Below are positions 45,901-58,611 of a stretch of 64,000 nucleotides of DNA, in pieces (the stretch's first letter is position 1; every line of letters begins with the position of its first letter). The position numbers and the translations under genes are program-made. The DNA comes from Leucoraja ocellata. Its lineage: Eukaryota. The stretch spans positions 4,464,001 to 4,528,000 of the forward strand of contig JAWMAR010000070.1 of the NCBI GenBank assembly GCA_036785375.1, written 5' to 3'. Below the pieces are notes generated by a model. The model worked only from the letters and a program-made list of their open reading frames with translations. It did no database searches and was not told where the DNA came from.

Positions 45901-48900
45901 GCTCCCTGCGTCAATCACGTCCTGTCCAGGCAGCGTCGTACCAGGGGGCTGACCTGCCCCGAGTGGACTGAACGCAGTCTGTGGAACTCTGGGGCCGGAT
46001 TCCCTGTTTATTATTCTCCGGGTATTCAGACCGTGAGCAACACTTGTTTCTCACTGATCTCTCGGGTTATTAGTTTGAGCGGGAATGCAAACCTCTGACA
46101 GGGTGACATTTCATACAGTTCAGACGCAGGGAAATGTGCTGAGCATCCCACTTGAAGTGGGTGGCCGCTCAGTGGGACAGAGCCCGCACCGGGTGAGAGC
46201 AACATGAGTGGGGTTTCCCGACCCCCGCCCGCTCCCCGCAGGTCTCTGCACTGCTGCAGAGCCTCGGGATATCGGTGTTGCCCTGACCCTTCCCGGAGAA
46301 AACATGGATCAAGCATTTCAGTGGAGACGTCAAGTCCATCGCTAGGAAACGTACCGTCAGATACTTGGAGATGTAGGGAAAACATTGGATGGGCGGCAGA
46401 TGTTCTAATTCCACAGATGTATCTTCCTGTATCTCCAGAGTGAAGATCCTCCACAGTCACAGTAAATAGTCTTAGTGCCGGTATATCTGTGATTGATACT
46501 CTTCCACTCCGTCCGTGTTGCCCATTAGTTTCCACCATATCTGTACATTGGCGACTCCACCCACGGCACCAGTATTTTGTGTGTGAGCGGTACTCTGTTG
46601 CATAGTGACAATCGATTGTGATCGCTCTTCCCACATCTCCTGTTACATTCTTCTTCCCCCAAACTGCAACTGAAATGGAGGGGAAAAACATTTAGATGGA
46701 GAGCAAATGAACTGTTTAATGGAAATAGATACATTTCGAAGATCACATGAAAGAAAACATAAACGTTCCATGATGTGTCATATTGCTTCACGCCCAATGT
46801 CTCCGGTCTGAAGTGCAGGCGGTGCTGTTATTGTACCAGTTGTGTCAGTGTTCTGTCCCCGGGTCAGTACAATTTGGGTTCACTTCCCACTCCAGATCTC
46901 AGAGCAGAAACTGGGCTGGAATCGCAATTCGGTACTGAGGGAGCGCGGCAGTGTTGCAGGAGCTGCCTTTCAACAATCCCTGGCGGTGCCCGGCCTCTCA
47001 CCCCACAGAAAGACCCACTTTGCTATTTAATTGGCGGTGCCGCCGGCTGCGCTGCCAACATTCTTCTCTCAACCGACACTGGGCCGGACCCGTGTTTAGA
47101 CATTCACCGCCTTTACAACGCCCTGACTGAGGGCAGTGAACGGACGGGTTACAATAAAGCGGATCAAAAGATAAGGAGCAGGATGTTTGAAGGGTATAAA
47201 TAAATATTTTTAAACCGAGAAGATAGAGGTACCTGAATTGCCTCAATGGACGAGGTGCTGGTAAGTGGGATGAGTATTGATTGTACTGAATGGTCAACAT
47301 TAACACAGTGGACCAAATCTGATACCGTCGTCTAGGAGTTAACTGTGGCCACATTTACTGATAATTTCTGATCCCTTCACATATTTGAGTGTCGGTCATG
47401 TGGAGATGATGGAAAGTGAAAATGCTTGGACTGATGTCACTGCAAACCTAGTTTAAAGCTGTGTAAACATAAGAGGCAGTTCTAGCCGGGAAGCTGGTCT
47501 ACACCAGCACTGGGAAATCTATTTATGGAGCCCAGCAACCAAGTATTGACAAATGGGCCATAATGCCATCATTTTAATCTTGATAACGTAATTAAATAAC
47601 GTGCATGGATTTCAGGGTGTCGGGGGTTATGGGGAGAAGGCAGGAGAATGGGGAGAAGAGGGGAAGATACACCAGCCATGATTGAATGGTCTATTTCTGC
47701 CGCTATCCTATGAACCACCCCGCCCCCCACTTTCCCTTCTTCTCCCCATTCCCTCCACTACTTACCAGTGCCGTTGATTTTCACCAGGACACTGCAGGGC
47801 ACGTCACTGCTGAAGATGGACATGTTGACCATTTCACTGGATTTTGATCCATGTTGATTTGAGGCTGTGCAATAATATTGATGGTGCTGGTGTTTGAAGG
47901 ATTGACAATGTAGATCCAGGGCATTGTTGTCTGAGATCTTTGAATCCCCAGATGGGGTATTTTTATACCAGCTGTAGTTAATGGGAAGGGATCCCCGGAC
48001 CGACTCACAGGACACTGTCACTGAGCCCCCGAGACAAGAGACATTGGCTGGTGACAGAAACCCAAGCACAGGAACAGACACGGGTTCTGTGGGAAAGGAG
48101 CAAACAGTCAGACACTCAGTGAACATCTGAAAATCAAACACTCGCCAATATCCACCATCTCTGTATCTTCGCCACAGCTGCCTGGTTGGAATCTAACCCA
48201 TCCATCTACTTAGAGTCATAGAGGCATATAGTGTAGAAGCAGGCCAACATGTCCATCCACACTAGTTCCACCTGCCCTTGCTTAGCCCATAAGCTTCCAA
48301 ACGGAAGAGACTGTGCATTTACTCGATCTATTCGTCGCGTGATTTTGTAGCTGCCGTAAGATCATCCCTCATCCTCCTGCTCTCCCAGAAATAAAGTCCT
48401 AGTCTGCTCAATCCCTCCCTGGAGTTCAGGCACTCAAGTCATGCTTCAGGCTCTCAACCGACACTGGGCCGGACCCGTGTTTAGACATTCACCGCCTTTA
48501 CAACGCCCTGACTGAGGACAGAGGACGGACGGATTACAATAAAGCGGATCAAAAGATAAGAGACCATAGGTGCAGGAGTAGGCCATTCGGCCCCTCGAAC
48601 CAGCACCGACATTCACTATGATCATGGCTGATCATCCACAATCAGTATCCCGTTCCTACCTTACTATATATCCCCTAGCGCCGCTATCATTTGGAGTTCC
48701 ATCTAACTCTCCCTCCCTGACGTTTAGTGTCGAGACCCATGCTCAGACCCGAAACTTCACCAATTCCTTCTCTCCAGAGATGCTGCCTGTCCCGCTGAGT
48801 TACTCCAGCATGTTTTAGTCTATCTTTAATTGACTTTTATTTCCTTTTCTCAACAGAATCTGAATCTATACGCGAGTCGTTAACAACTGTAGCGTTCAGT

Positions 48901-51900
48901 TCAAATACAAAAGTAACACCCGAAAACAGTCATCAGGAAACCACTGCGCCCAGTTTCTCTCACGGGTGTAATGTTCTGTTGCTCAAGTTTTGATTGGCCT
49001 TACTTTTCCATATGAGAGTTGGAGACACATGGAACTGTAGATACATACATAGATACATAGATACATAGATGCATAGACAATAGGTGCCATTGCATAGACA
49101 ATAGTATGCCATTCAGCACTTCCAGCCAGCACCGCCATTCTATGTGATCATGGCTGATCATCCACAATCAGTACCCCGTTCCTGCCTTTCCCCATATCCC
49201 TTGATTCCGCCAGCCCAAATAGCTCTATCTAACTCAAAAGAATGCACCCAGTGAATCGGCTTCCACTGCCGTCTGAGGCAGAAAATTCCACAGATTCACA
49301 ACTCTCTGGTTGAAAAAGTTTTTCCTCATCTCCGTTCTAAATGGCCTATCCATTATTCTTAAACTGTGGCCCCCTGTTTCGGGACTCGCCAATATCGGAA
49401 ACATGTTAGGTACACAAAAATGCTGGGGAAACTCAACGGGTGCAGCAGCATCTATGAAGCGAAGGAAATAGGCGACATTTCGGGCCGAAACCCTTCTTCA
49501 GACTGTTTCCTGCCTCTAGCGTGTCAAATCCCTTAGTAATCTTATATGTTTATATCCCTCAATAGCAAGAAGGTCCTTCCTCACATTTGGAGTTCAAAAC
49601 TGCACCCAATATTCCAGGTGTGGTCTCACTAGGGCCATGTACAACTGCAGAAGGACTACTTTTCTCCTGTGCTCAAATCCTCTTGTTATTAAGGTCAACA
49701 TGCCACTAGCTTTCTTCACTGCCTGCTGCACCTGCATGCTTTATTTCAGTCAGTGATGAACAAGGACACCCATATCTAGTTGTACTTCTCCTTTTCCCAA
49801 CCTGACACCATCCAGAAAATAATCTGCCTTCCTGCTTTTGCTACTAAAGTGGATAACCTCACATTTATCCACATTAAACTTCATCTGCCACGCATCTGCC
49901 CACTAACACAACCACTCTCCCACTCACCACTCGCTCACTCACCACCCGCCTCCAGGTCCCTTATCGGAGAGCGTTACGAGCGTGAAATCGCACACCGCCA
50001 GATTCGGAAGCAATTTCTTCACAGCTGTTATCAGGCATCTGAATCATCCTACCACATCCAGAGATCTGTCCTGAACTCCCATCTACCTCTTTGACGACCC
50101 TCGGACTACCCTTGATCGGACTTTGCTGGCTTTACCTTACATTAAACGTTATTTCCTTTTCATGTATCTATGTGCTGTAAGAGGATAGATTGTAATCCTG
50201 TATTGTCTTTCTGCTGGAGACGTCAATCAATCGCTGCGAAACCTACCGTCAGATACTTCGAGATAAACGTTAAATATTGGATGGTCGGCAGATGTTGTAA
50301 TTCCACATCTGTACCATCCTGTATCTCCATCCTGAAGATCGTCCACAGTCACAGTAAATATTCCTCGTGCCGGGTTATCTGTGATTGACACTCTTCCACT
50401 CCGTCCGTGTTGCCCATTTGTTTCCACCAACACTGTACATTGGAGACTCCTCCCACGGCACCAGTATTTTGTGTGTGAGCGGTACTCTGCTGCATAGTGA
50501 CAATCGATTATGATCGCTCTTCCCACAACTCCTCTTACATCCCTCTTTGCCCACACTGCTCCTGAAACTGAGCGGAGAAACTTTCAAATGGAGAGAAAAT
50601 TAACTGTTTAATGGAAATAGACACATATTGAAGATTACATGAAAGAAAACTTAAATCGTTCAATGATGTGTCATATTGCTTCACGGCCAATGTCTCCGGT
50701 CTGAAGTGCAGGCAGTGCTGTTATTGTACCAGTTGTGTCAGTGTTCTGTTCCCGGTCAGTACAATTTGGGTTCACTTCCCACTCCAGATCCCTGAACAGA
50801 AACAGGGCTGGGATCGCAGTGCGGTACTGAGGGAGCGCGGCAGTGTTGCAGGAGCTGCCTTTCAACAATCCCAGGCGGTGCCCGGCCTCTCACCCCACAG
50901 AAAGACCCCACTTTGCTATTTCATTGGCGATGCCGTCGGCTACGCTGCCAACATTCATCTCTCAACCGACACAGGGCCGGATCCGTGTTTTTTTAAATTA
51001 TCTAATTATTTATTCAATTATTAAAAATAATATTTACACTACAATAAAACAAGAACCGAACACCATAATACAAGACAAATAAATATTCTAAATAAACGAC
51101 TATACTTGTCAAGGATGAATTCAACCCCAGGCGGTGCCCAGATCTCCCGGAAATCCTCCAGGTGCCCGTGGACAGCGCCTAGTCATTCTCTAGTACCACC
51201 CGGGCGCGGAAAGCCGACCCGTGTTTAGACATTCACCGCCGCCAATGCCTTTACAACGCCCTGACTGAGGACAGAGGGCGGACGAGTTACAAAAAAGTGG
51301 GTCCATTACCAGTGCTGAACTATCTACCTCTTTGGTGACCCTCGGACTACCCTTGATCGGACTTTGCTGGCCTCACCTTACACTAAACGTTATTTCCCAT
51401 TCATGTATCTATGCGCTGTAGGGATCGACTGTAATCATGTATCTGGCAGGTTAGCATGCAACAAAAAGCTTTTCTCTGTAACTCTGTACACGTGACAATA
51501 AACTGAAATTAAATTTCAGCACGACTGGGCGGCGGATCCGATAGCGGATGGAGAGAGAGTTGGCGGTGGGTGGATAGAGCGAGGACAGTGGTTCAGTCTC
51601 AGACTCCGGGGAATTGTTGGGTTTACGACAGAGTTGAGTTGGACAAATGCAGGGAATATTTGAACTGACACAATGAGTCCACAATCGTGACTTCCACCTC
51701 TGTTGTAAACACATTTTGTTAGTGTAGAATTAACTTCCTGGTGATGGTAGAACCTCTGTCCTTCGGTCCAGGTGTCTTGGAATATCTGCTCCAAATACAT
51801 TCGCTATTTTATGCCTATAATCTATCATCATGATGCAATTAGACCACGTGTTAACGGTGGTCAAACTACGAACATAGTCTAGATATTCAAATGTGATTTC

Positions 51901-52077
51901 AGATCCATCACCAGAATGCACTGAGTTCCATCTCCCCCATTACATGTCTACACACACTTAACCATCTCTGCTGTAGAAAGGGTGCACGGGACCCCAACTA
52001 ACATTGATCATTGGAATATCAAGATCTGACTTTCACTCACCGGGTAGCGAGGCGATGAGAAGAATGGGAATCCACAT
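36907..52077 (-). CDS. Gene C (spliced, complete, about 801 aa): CD300/pIgR-like, MDIR-like receptor with (V-C2)x3 ectodomain, activating type
   Basis: Exons 52077-52041, 50567-50247, 48086-47766, 46669-46355, 45208-44888, 44021-43818, 43643-43332, 41009-40689, 39389-39341, 37823-37758, 37689-37599, 36954-36907. They sum to 2406 nt. Two V exons need the downstream in-frame AG. Confidence 0.75.
37599..37689 (-). CDS. Gene C TM exon
   Basis: 91 nt; SYISWEVGRWMFFLLLVIWSISTAVFTRGSK. Confidence 0.88.
37758..37823 (-). CDS. Gene C stalk exon
   Basis: 66 nt, phase 2-2. Confidence 0.7.
39341..39389 (-). CDS. Gene C micro-exon GLEYYCENSIPSNYSA(R)
   Basis: 49 nt, phase 1-2. Confidence 0.8.
40689..41009 (-). 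CDS. Gene C C2b exon
   Basis: 321 nt; nearly identical to gene A C2b. Confidence 0.9.
43332..43643 (-). CDS. Gene C V4 exon
   Basis: Usual AG is now CG; the downstream in-frame AG gives 312 nt; KYWCNGTSRQC. Confidence 0.78.
43818..44021 (-). CDS. Gene C putative linker exon
   Basis: 204 nt; in-frame 6-nt deletion relative to A and B. Confidence 0.55.
44888..45208 (-). CDS. Gene C C2a exon
   Basis: 321 nt; donor GTGAGT. Confidence 0.88.
46355..46669 (-). CDS. Gene C V2/V3-hybrid V exon
   Basis: Usual acceptor lost; the next in-frame AG gives 315 nt; KYWCRGWSRQC..DTGRYICG. Confidence 0.75.
47066..48560 (+). repeat. 110-bp direct repeats (47066-47175 and 48451-48560) flanking the inserted C2 exon segment
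   Basis: CTCTCAACCGACACTGGGCCGGACCC...GGATCAAAAGATAAG occurs twice with about 4 mismatches. Confidence 0.92.
47766..48086 (-). CDS. Gene C extra C2b-type exon (inserted copy)
   Basis: 321 nt, intact splice sites, near-identical to the C2b exons. Confidence 0.8.
49060..49905 (-). mobile_element. Fragmented CR1 3' region with a nested Penelope-derived insert (about 49410-49503)
   Basis: Reverse complement of the CR1 ORF2 C-terminus and 3'UTR. Confidence 0.8.
50247..50567 (-). CDS. Gene C V1 exon
   Basis: 321 nt; KYWCRGRSLQC. Confidence 0.9.
52041..52077 (-). CDS. Gene C leader exon
   Basis: MWIPILLIASLP followed by G|GTGAGT. Confidence 0.9.
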
Positions 52078-53899
52078 TGTTTTATCCGCAGTGACGAGGC
52101 CAGCACTTGTCTGTCTGTCGCTCAGGTCTGAGCTCTCAGATACAATCGCATCTCTCAAATAGCAATGACTTAGAAGGGAACAGGAAGTCAGATCGTGAAC
52201 CACAGCGAGCCAGTAGCAGCTCGGCACGATATAGTGTGAAAGGCTCAGGGTTATATTTAACAAATGGTTGGGTCAGATGATCACAGAGTCATACAGCAGG
52301 AAACAGGCCCTTCGACCCAACGCGTTAAACCAATATGCTCATCTAAGTTGGTCAAATTTGTCCACGCTCGATCCATATCTCCCCAAACCTTCCCTATCCA
52401 CGGACCTGTCCAATTGCCCGTTACATGTTGTTATTGCGGCTGCTTCAACCACTTCGTCAAGTATGATGTATCCGTAAGGATGGAGCGGCGGTTATCTCTG
52501 TACTCAGAGTCTGTTAACACTGAACAGTGGTGGAAATATTGATAGACAAAAAAATGCAGGAGCAAGTCTGCGGGCCAGGCAGCACATCTGGAGAAATGGA
52601 TAGGTGACGTTTCGGGTCGGGATCTCTCATGTAAACTATGATACTTTGGATGAAATATGACATTTAGAAGAGTAGAAACGTCTAAGATGTGTACACTTCG
52701 GATCATTCCCTCTTGATGATTTTGTAAGTGGACCGGCAGATCAAAAATATAATAATTTGAACTTTTGTTTTGCATATTGCTGTTAACAAGGGCAAAACAG
52801 GAAGCTGGCGTTAGGAAGTAGGGGCTTTTCACCTGTAACCAGCTGAGGTTAATTGGCGTTGTCCTCTCCTCTCTGCTTGGACTCGTCAATTCAACTTTGA
52901 AACACTAATGTCATGATATTCACGTTTTGAAAATGACAATTAATGGTGTAGTGGACTGTGAATAAGTTTGTCTGGAATTACCACAGGATGGAGATCAGCT
53001 GGGAAAGCGGGATGTGGAATGTAACTGACATGTGTAATGTAACTCAAACAAGGGCAAAGTGATACACGTAGTGAAGTTAAAGCAAGGTAGAATATGCACG
53101 GTGAATAGAATTGTTAACTTATCTTCTTTGCAATGCAGAGCTAATAAATAATCAGGGTTGTGTCGATGTACCTGTCATTACTGAGTGTGTTCACCTGCTT
53201 GCATCGATTAATTTCAATCTGTACGCAATTAATTGCATTATAATATATCTAATATCTGCTGCGGGCTATCGTTCTGGGTGTGTTACTTTCAGGGGAACAG
53301 TGGCAGTTTATTCGGGTTGTGTGCATCTGTGGCAATGTTGTGCATTACGTGGTATGGGCGTAACACACTGATGTGTCCGCCACTGATGTTAGCTGAGCGC
53401 TGGCGACCCTCAGTAAATGATCTGTTGTTGGGAGCGATTTCCTCTTTACTTGTCCTACCAAACCGTTCCAGAAATGAACCGACGATGCTGCAAATCAATT
53501 AATTTTAATTCTCGTATTGCTTTGTCCCATGGATTCTCCAAACACTGCTCAACCGTCAGTATTGCAAAGAGCTGCTCGCAAGATGCGGTTCAAGTATGCG
53601 ATCTAACATCTTTGTTTCAGGAGCTACATCAACGTGTCAGCACTGTCAGAACAATTCCGTGTAAAGAAATGGCTGTTTGAACATAAGTACATTCCTAGCC
53701 AGAACCCACCACTAAAAACAACATTCTTTTTCTCCACTGATACTGCCTATCCCGCGGAGTTGCTCCAGTATATTGTGTCTCTCTGTGGCATCTCAGACTG
53801 TTTATCTCTCGATATTTGTGAGGCACTTTGCAACGTCTTGCAGTAGGGAAAGCTCAAATTCAAGTTAATTCCTCCCATTAGACCATTAAAGCTCGAGTG

Positions 53900-54212
53900 C
53901 TTAAGGATAAGCACAGCTTAAGGATAAGGGGAAATCCTTTAAAACCGAGATAAAAAGAACTTTTTTCACACAGAGAGTGGTGAATCTCTGGAACTCTCTG
54001 CCACAGAGGGTAGTTGAGGCCAGTTCATTGGCTATATTTAAGAGGGAGTTAGATGTGGCCCTTGTGGCTAAGGGGATCAGGGGGTATGGAGAGAAGGCAG
54101 GTACGGGATACTGAGTTGGATGATCAGCCATATCATATTGAATGGCGGTGCAGGCTCGAAGGGCCGAATGGCCTACTCCTGCACCTAATTTCTATGTTTC
54201 TATGTTTCTATG
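53900..54212 (+). mobile_element. Young CR1 3' fragment
   Basis: FFTQRVVNLWNSLP and (TTTCTATG)n tail; absent from the paralogous intergenic regions. Confidence 0.9.
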
Positions 54213-57200
54213 AACAGGTTATGTGGCATTAGGTGACCGCAAAATCGACCAAAGTATCTCTGGCTATTCAGCACCCCTCCGATATCACTGATCTGGCGGT
54301 TTGTGAGTTCAAAGTTGGGCCCCCTGCTCTCATTTTCTCGTCTCCCCCGCTTACTATGTGAAGGACTTTATATCACATTCCTCTCTGTCAGTGGGGTATT
54401 TTACTTGATACAATCCTCTATTCTGTGCTAACGCGTGCCAGTGGTTATGGACAGAAGGCGGGAGATGGGGTTGAGATGGAAAGATCAGTCATGATTGAAT
54501 GGCGGAGATAACTTGATGGGCTGAATCGCCCAAATTCTGCTCCAAGATCTATGAACTTATGGACGTAGTCATTGATGGGCGGGAGTTACAGTCACAAGTC
54601 GGACTGAGAAATATAACACATATTTGTAGTTTGTAGTTCATCAATGCAAACCGCAACAAACTGCACTCAACCGGTTTGTTCTAAATATAAATAGACTTTA
54701 TATTATTTGAAGCGAAGGGCTAATATTCCCTAATATTCACGCGTTGTATATTAAAATGAGCGCTGTAATGGACAGTGCAGATGTTTGTCTAAAGATGCCA
54801 CAGCATGTAGATCAAAGTGGGAAACAGGGTAGAGAAATTACATTTGTAATTTAAGTGGGATGTTAATATTCAGAACAAGGTCGTGGCATCATATTGTTCT
54901 GACGGGATACCATAGTCTAAAATAGTAATTGATTTGCCTGTGTTAAACGTCCTTAACGATTGTCAGCAGGATGAATATCCAGCAGTCTGAATGCAGAATG
55001 TTCTTCATCAAATAAAGTTACAGTCAAAAACAATACAATGAGACAAACACTTCATTGACAACAGTTTATTAAGAAGACATTGTAATCATTATTATTCATG
55101 GTCGTTATAAAAATAATTACAGTAATTTGAATGCATTGAACAGGGGTTAACAGAGTAAAAGGTTCTACAGCAGCTGGTAACCGTGCAATTGTTAAACATA
55201 GCTCCAATGTAGCGAAATACAATTTGAGAGATGACACATTTAAAATCAGAGCGGGAAACGATAAGTATAGGGGAGGAGTTTGGAAAAAGTTATGGTCTTG
55301 ACGTTTGGCAATATACGTCCTCTGGTTCTTGATCCCCTTTAACTCTGAATAAAAGGATATGTTCATTTACTCTGTTAATGGTTAGAGTTTTAAAGCGCAG
55401 GGCAAAAAAAGTGGAAACCAAAGGTTCTGATTTGGACTTTAAGATAGCATTTTATAAGATGGCACAAGGTTATTAAAGGGCATTTGATTTATAAAATGGA
55501 TATGTTAGGATTGTAACTTGATCAGGTGTATTATCCGGCAGAATAGGTTGTGGGGAGGTTATTGGGAGACTTAAAAGGGGATGGAGACAGGCAAACAGAA
55601 TGGGTGAAAAAGAATGTGGAAGATGTGACTTATCCACGTTGGTGGCAAATATTGAAGGGTGGTGTATTTATTAGATGGTGATGGATTAAAGTATTGTTGT
55701 GTGGAAAGAGTTGGGTATTCTTTTACACGAATCCTTGAATATTACCAGAAAGACAGTAAGAAATTAGAAAGACAAATGATCACCATTGCATGAAAATGTG
55801 TCTATTCATGTAAAGAGCTTTATATCTTTAAATACGGTATTTACACTCACATCGTATGTAGAGTATTGGTTAGTAGCAGGGACCCTGAACATAAACCGAT
55901 GAAGGATATCTGAAACAGAAGCAAAAATATTGGAAGCAATTTTCTGTTTAGTTTAGTTTGGTTCAAAGATCCAGCGCGGAAACAGGCCTTTCGGCCCACC
56001 AAGCCCGCTCCTACCAGCGATTCCCGTGCACCAGCACTATTTTACACCCTGAGGACAATTTACCATCTTTACCGAAGCTCATTAACCTATAAACCTATAC
56101 GGTTAGTTGAGTTAAGTTTGGAGATACAGCGTGGAAACAGGCCCTTCAGCCCACTGAGTCCGCACCGGCTAGTGATCCCCGTACACTAGCACTATACTAT
56201 ACACGAAGGACAAGTTACAATATTTACCGAAGCTCATTTACCTTCAAACTTGTACTTCTTGGGGGGGGGGGGGTCACGTTTGCAGCACACAATAATGCCT
56301 TATAGACTTTCAATTTTACTGTAACACTTTGCATCAGTTCCTAATATTATTAACCAGCTTAAGCAACCCAACAGATGTTTCCCCTCAATTTGAACCTTGG
56401 TTTAATTTCAGCAGTCTCTGTGGCAACTCAACCGTCTCCTCCAGTTTTCAGTTCCCCTTTATCTACTTCCTTTGAACAGTGATGAAAATCCACGATTGCA
56501 TCAGCTGTTCATGCCATCGCCAGCTGTTGAAGCAAGTGCGTCATCATGCCTGACCATAACTGCAGAGCATAGTTTAAGATTTAATGTCATCCCTGGTAAT
56601 ATAAGCCACATTGTCTCTCTTTCAATTCTTCTAATTAGGTCTAGGACAGATTATATTTGGGTAAGGTCTCTCAACTGCCAGGAGTGCTGCAGTCGTGAAG
56701 GGTGTTCCGGTCAGTTGCTGCAAGTTGTGCTGTCTCTACGGAGTTTGTACGTTCTACTGTGACTGCGTGGGGGTTCTCCGGGAGCTCCGGTTTCCTCCCA
56801 CACACCATGGACATAGAATTTGATGGCTTCTGAAAAAAAATGTAAATTGTCCCGAGTTTGTAGAAAAGGGCTAGTGTACGGTTGATCGCTGGTAGGCGTG
56901 GACTCGCTGGGCCGAAGGGTCTGTTTCCCCGCTGCATCTTTACATAGATATAAACAAAATAAGTGCAGGAGTAGGCCATTCGGCCTTCGAGCCAGCACCG
57001 CCATTCAACATGGCTGATCTTCCAAATCAGTACCCCTTCCTCCTTTCTCCCAATATTCATTGATACCGTAGCCCTAAGAGCTACATCTAACACTCTCTTG
57101 AATATCTCTCTTGAATCTCTAAGTGAAGTAAAGTCTACAGGGCGGAGCAGAGGATATAAGCGCCGAATCATCTTGTCGGTTGTGTGCGTTCTCTTGTGTG

Positions 57201-57624
57201 TTACTTCTGAGAATGGTAACAGTGTGGAACATCGAATCAAACTTCCTTTATTGGTGAAAAATAACACAGCAGCACTGTGCCTAAAATCATACCGCACAGT
57301 GCATATAGTTCTGAGAAAATAAGACCAGAATAATTAAAGCGGGAGTAGTAATAGTTTGGCCCTTTGTACCTAATGAGCCACTGAATGGAATCATGGCTGA
57401 TCTTTTATCCCAGCTTCACAATCCTGCACGAACACTATCCTGCACTAACCTATAGTTTCAGTTTAAAAAATATAGAAACAGGCCATTCGGACCAACGAGT
57501 CCAGGTCAGCTATTGAGCACAGGTTCGCATTTGTTCTGTGTTATTCCACTTTCTCACCTACTCCCTGCATATTAGTGGCATTTTATTTACAGAGGCCCAT
57601 TAACCAACAAACCCACACGTCTTT

Positions 57625-58410
57625 TGGAGGGCAGACATACCCCCATCTACATAAACGGGACTGAGGTGGAGCGCGTCTCCAACTACAAATTCCTCAGGGT
57701 AGATATCTCAGAGGATCTGTCCCTGATTCTTCAATGTCACCAAACTGATCAAAAAGCACAGCAGCGCCTCTACTTTCTGAAGAGGCTTAAGAAAGTTCAC
57801 CTGTCCCCCCCCCCCCCCCCCCCTCCCCTCTCCCCCCAGATCCTGTCCACCATCTACCGCTGTACCATTGGAAAGCATCCTGACCACCTGCTTCACGGTA
57901 TGGTACAGCAGCTGCACAACAGCTGACAGGAAGGGACTGCAACGCGTGGTGGAAACCACTCATCACATCATCGGTGCCCCGCTCCCTGCATGGATGCCGT
58001 CCACCGCAACGGTGTCTGAGACGGGCCGGAAAATCACCCTCTCACCCTACCCATGGACTATTTGCCCTCCTCCCATCAGGGAGGCGGTACGGGAGCCTCA
58101 GGTCTCGCACAAGCAGGCTGAGGAACAGCTTTTTCAATAACACCATTACACTGCTGAACTCAGTCCCAAACGCTAGGTATCTTTTATACTCATTTATCTG
58201 TATATTTTATGTGCCTATGTACTTGTTTAATTCATCCACATTGTACATAGTGTTTTAACCAGTATTTTTACTACTTTGCACTTGATTAGATGCTAAACTG
58301 CATTTCGTTTTACCTGTACTCGTATTTGTGCAATGACAATAAAGTTGAACTAATCTAATCTAATCTAATCTAATCTAATCTAATCTAATCTAATCTAATC
58401 TAATCTAATC
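57625..58410 (+). mobile_element. Rex1/Babar-clade LINE 3' fragment with (CTAAT)n tail
   Basis: PIYINGTEVERVSNYKFL..KAQQRLYFLKRLKK, ESILT.C.TVWY, LLPSGRRY..RTSRLRNSFF. Confidence 0.88.
58349..58410 (+). repeat. (CTAAT)n microsatellite
   Basis: Directly visible. Confidence 0.97.
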
Positions 58411-58611
58411 CGCACGAAAACTGGAGGACCCAGTAATTAGATTACTGTCATTTGTGCAGAAGTCTGAACTGACAGGTTTCATACGTAAATGATAGAATAG
58501 ATGGAAATGATAGGTACTATAGTGAAATACTTTCATCTGAGAATGAGATCAATACAGTAACCATAAGTAACATGTGGTCACATGGAGAACATGCAAACTC
58601 CACACAGACAG

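Larger units (their letters stand above)
1771..55220. repeat. Tandem segmental duplication, three units of about 18.3-19.0 kb
   Basis: Leader ATGs at 14816, 33074 and 52077; introns and intergenic DNA are colinear and highly similar. Confidence 0.95.
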
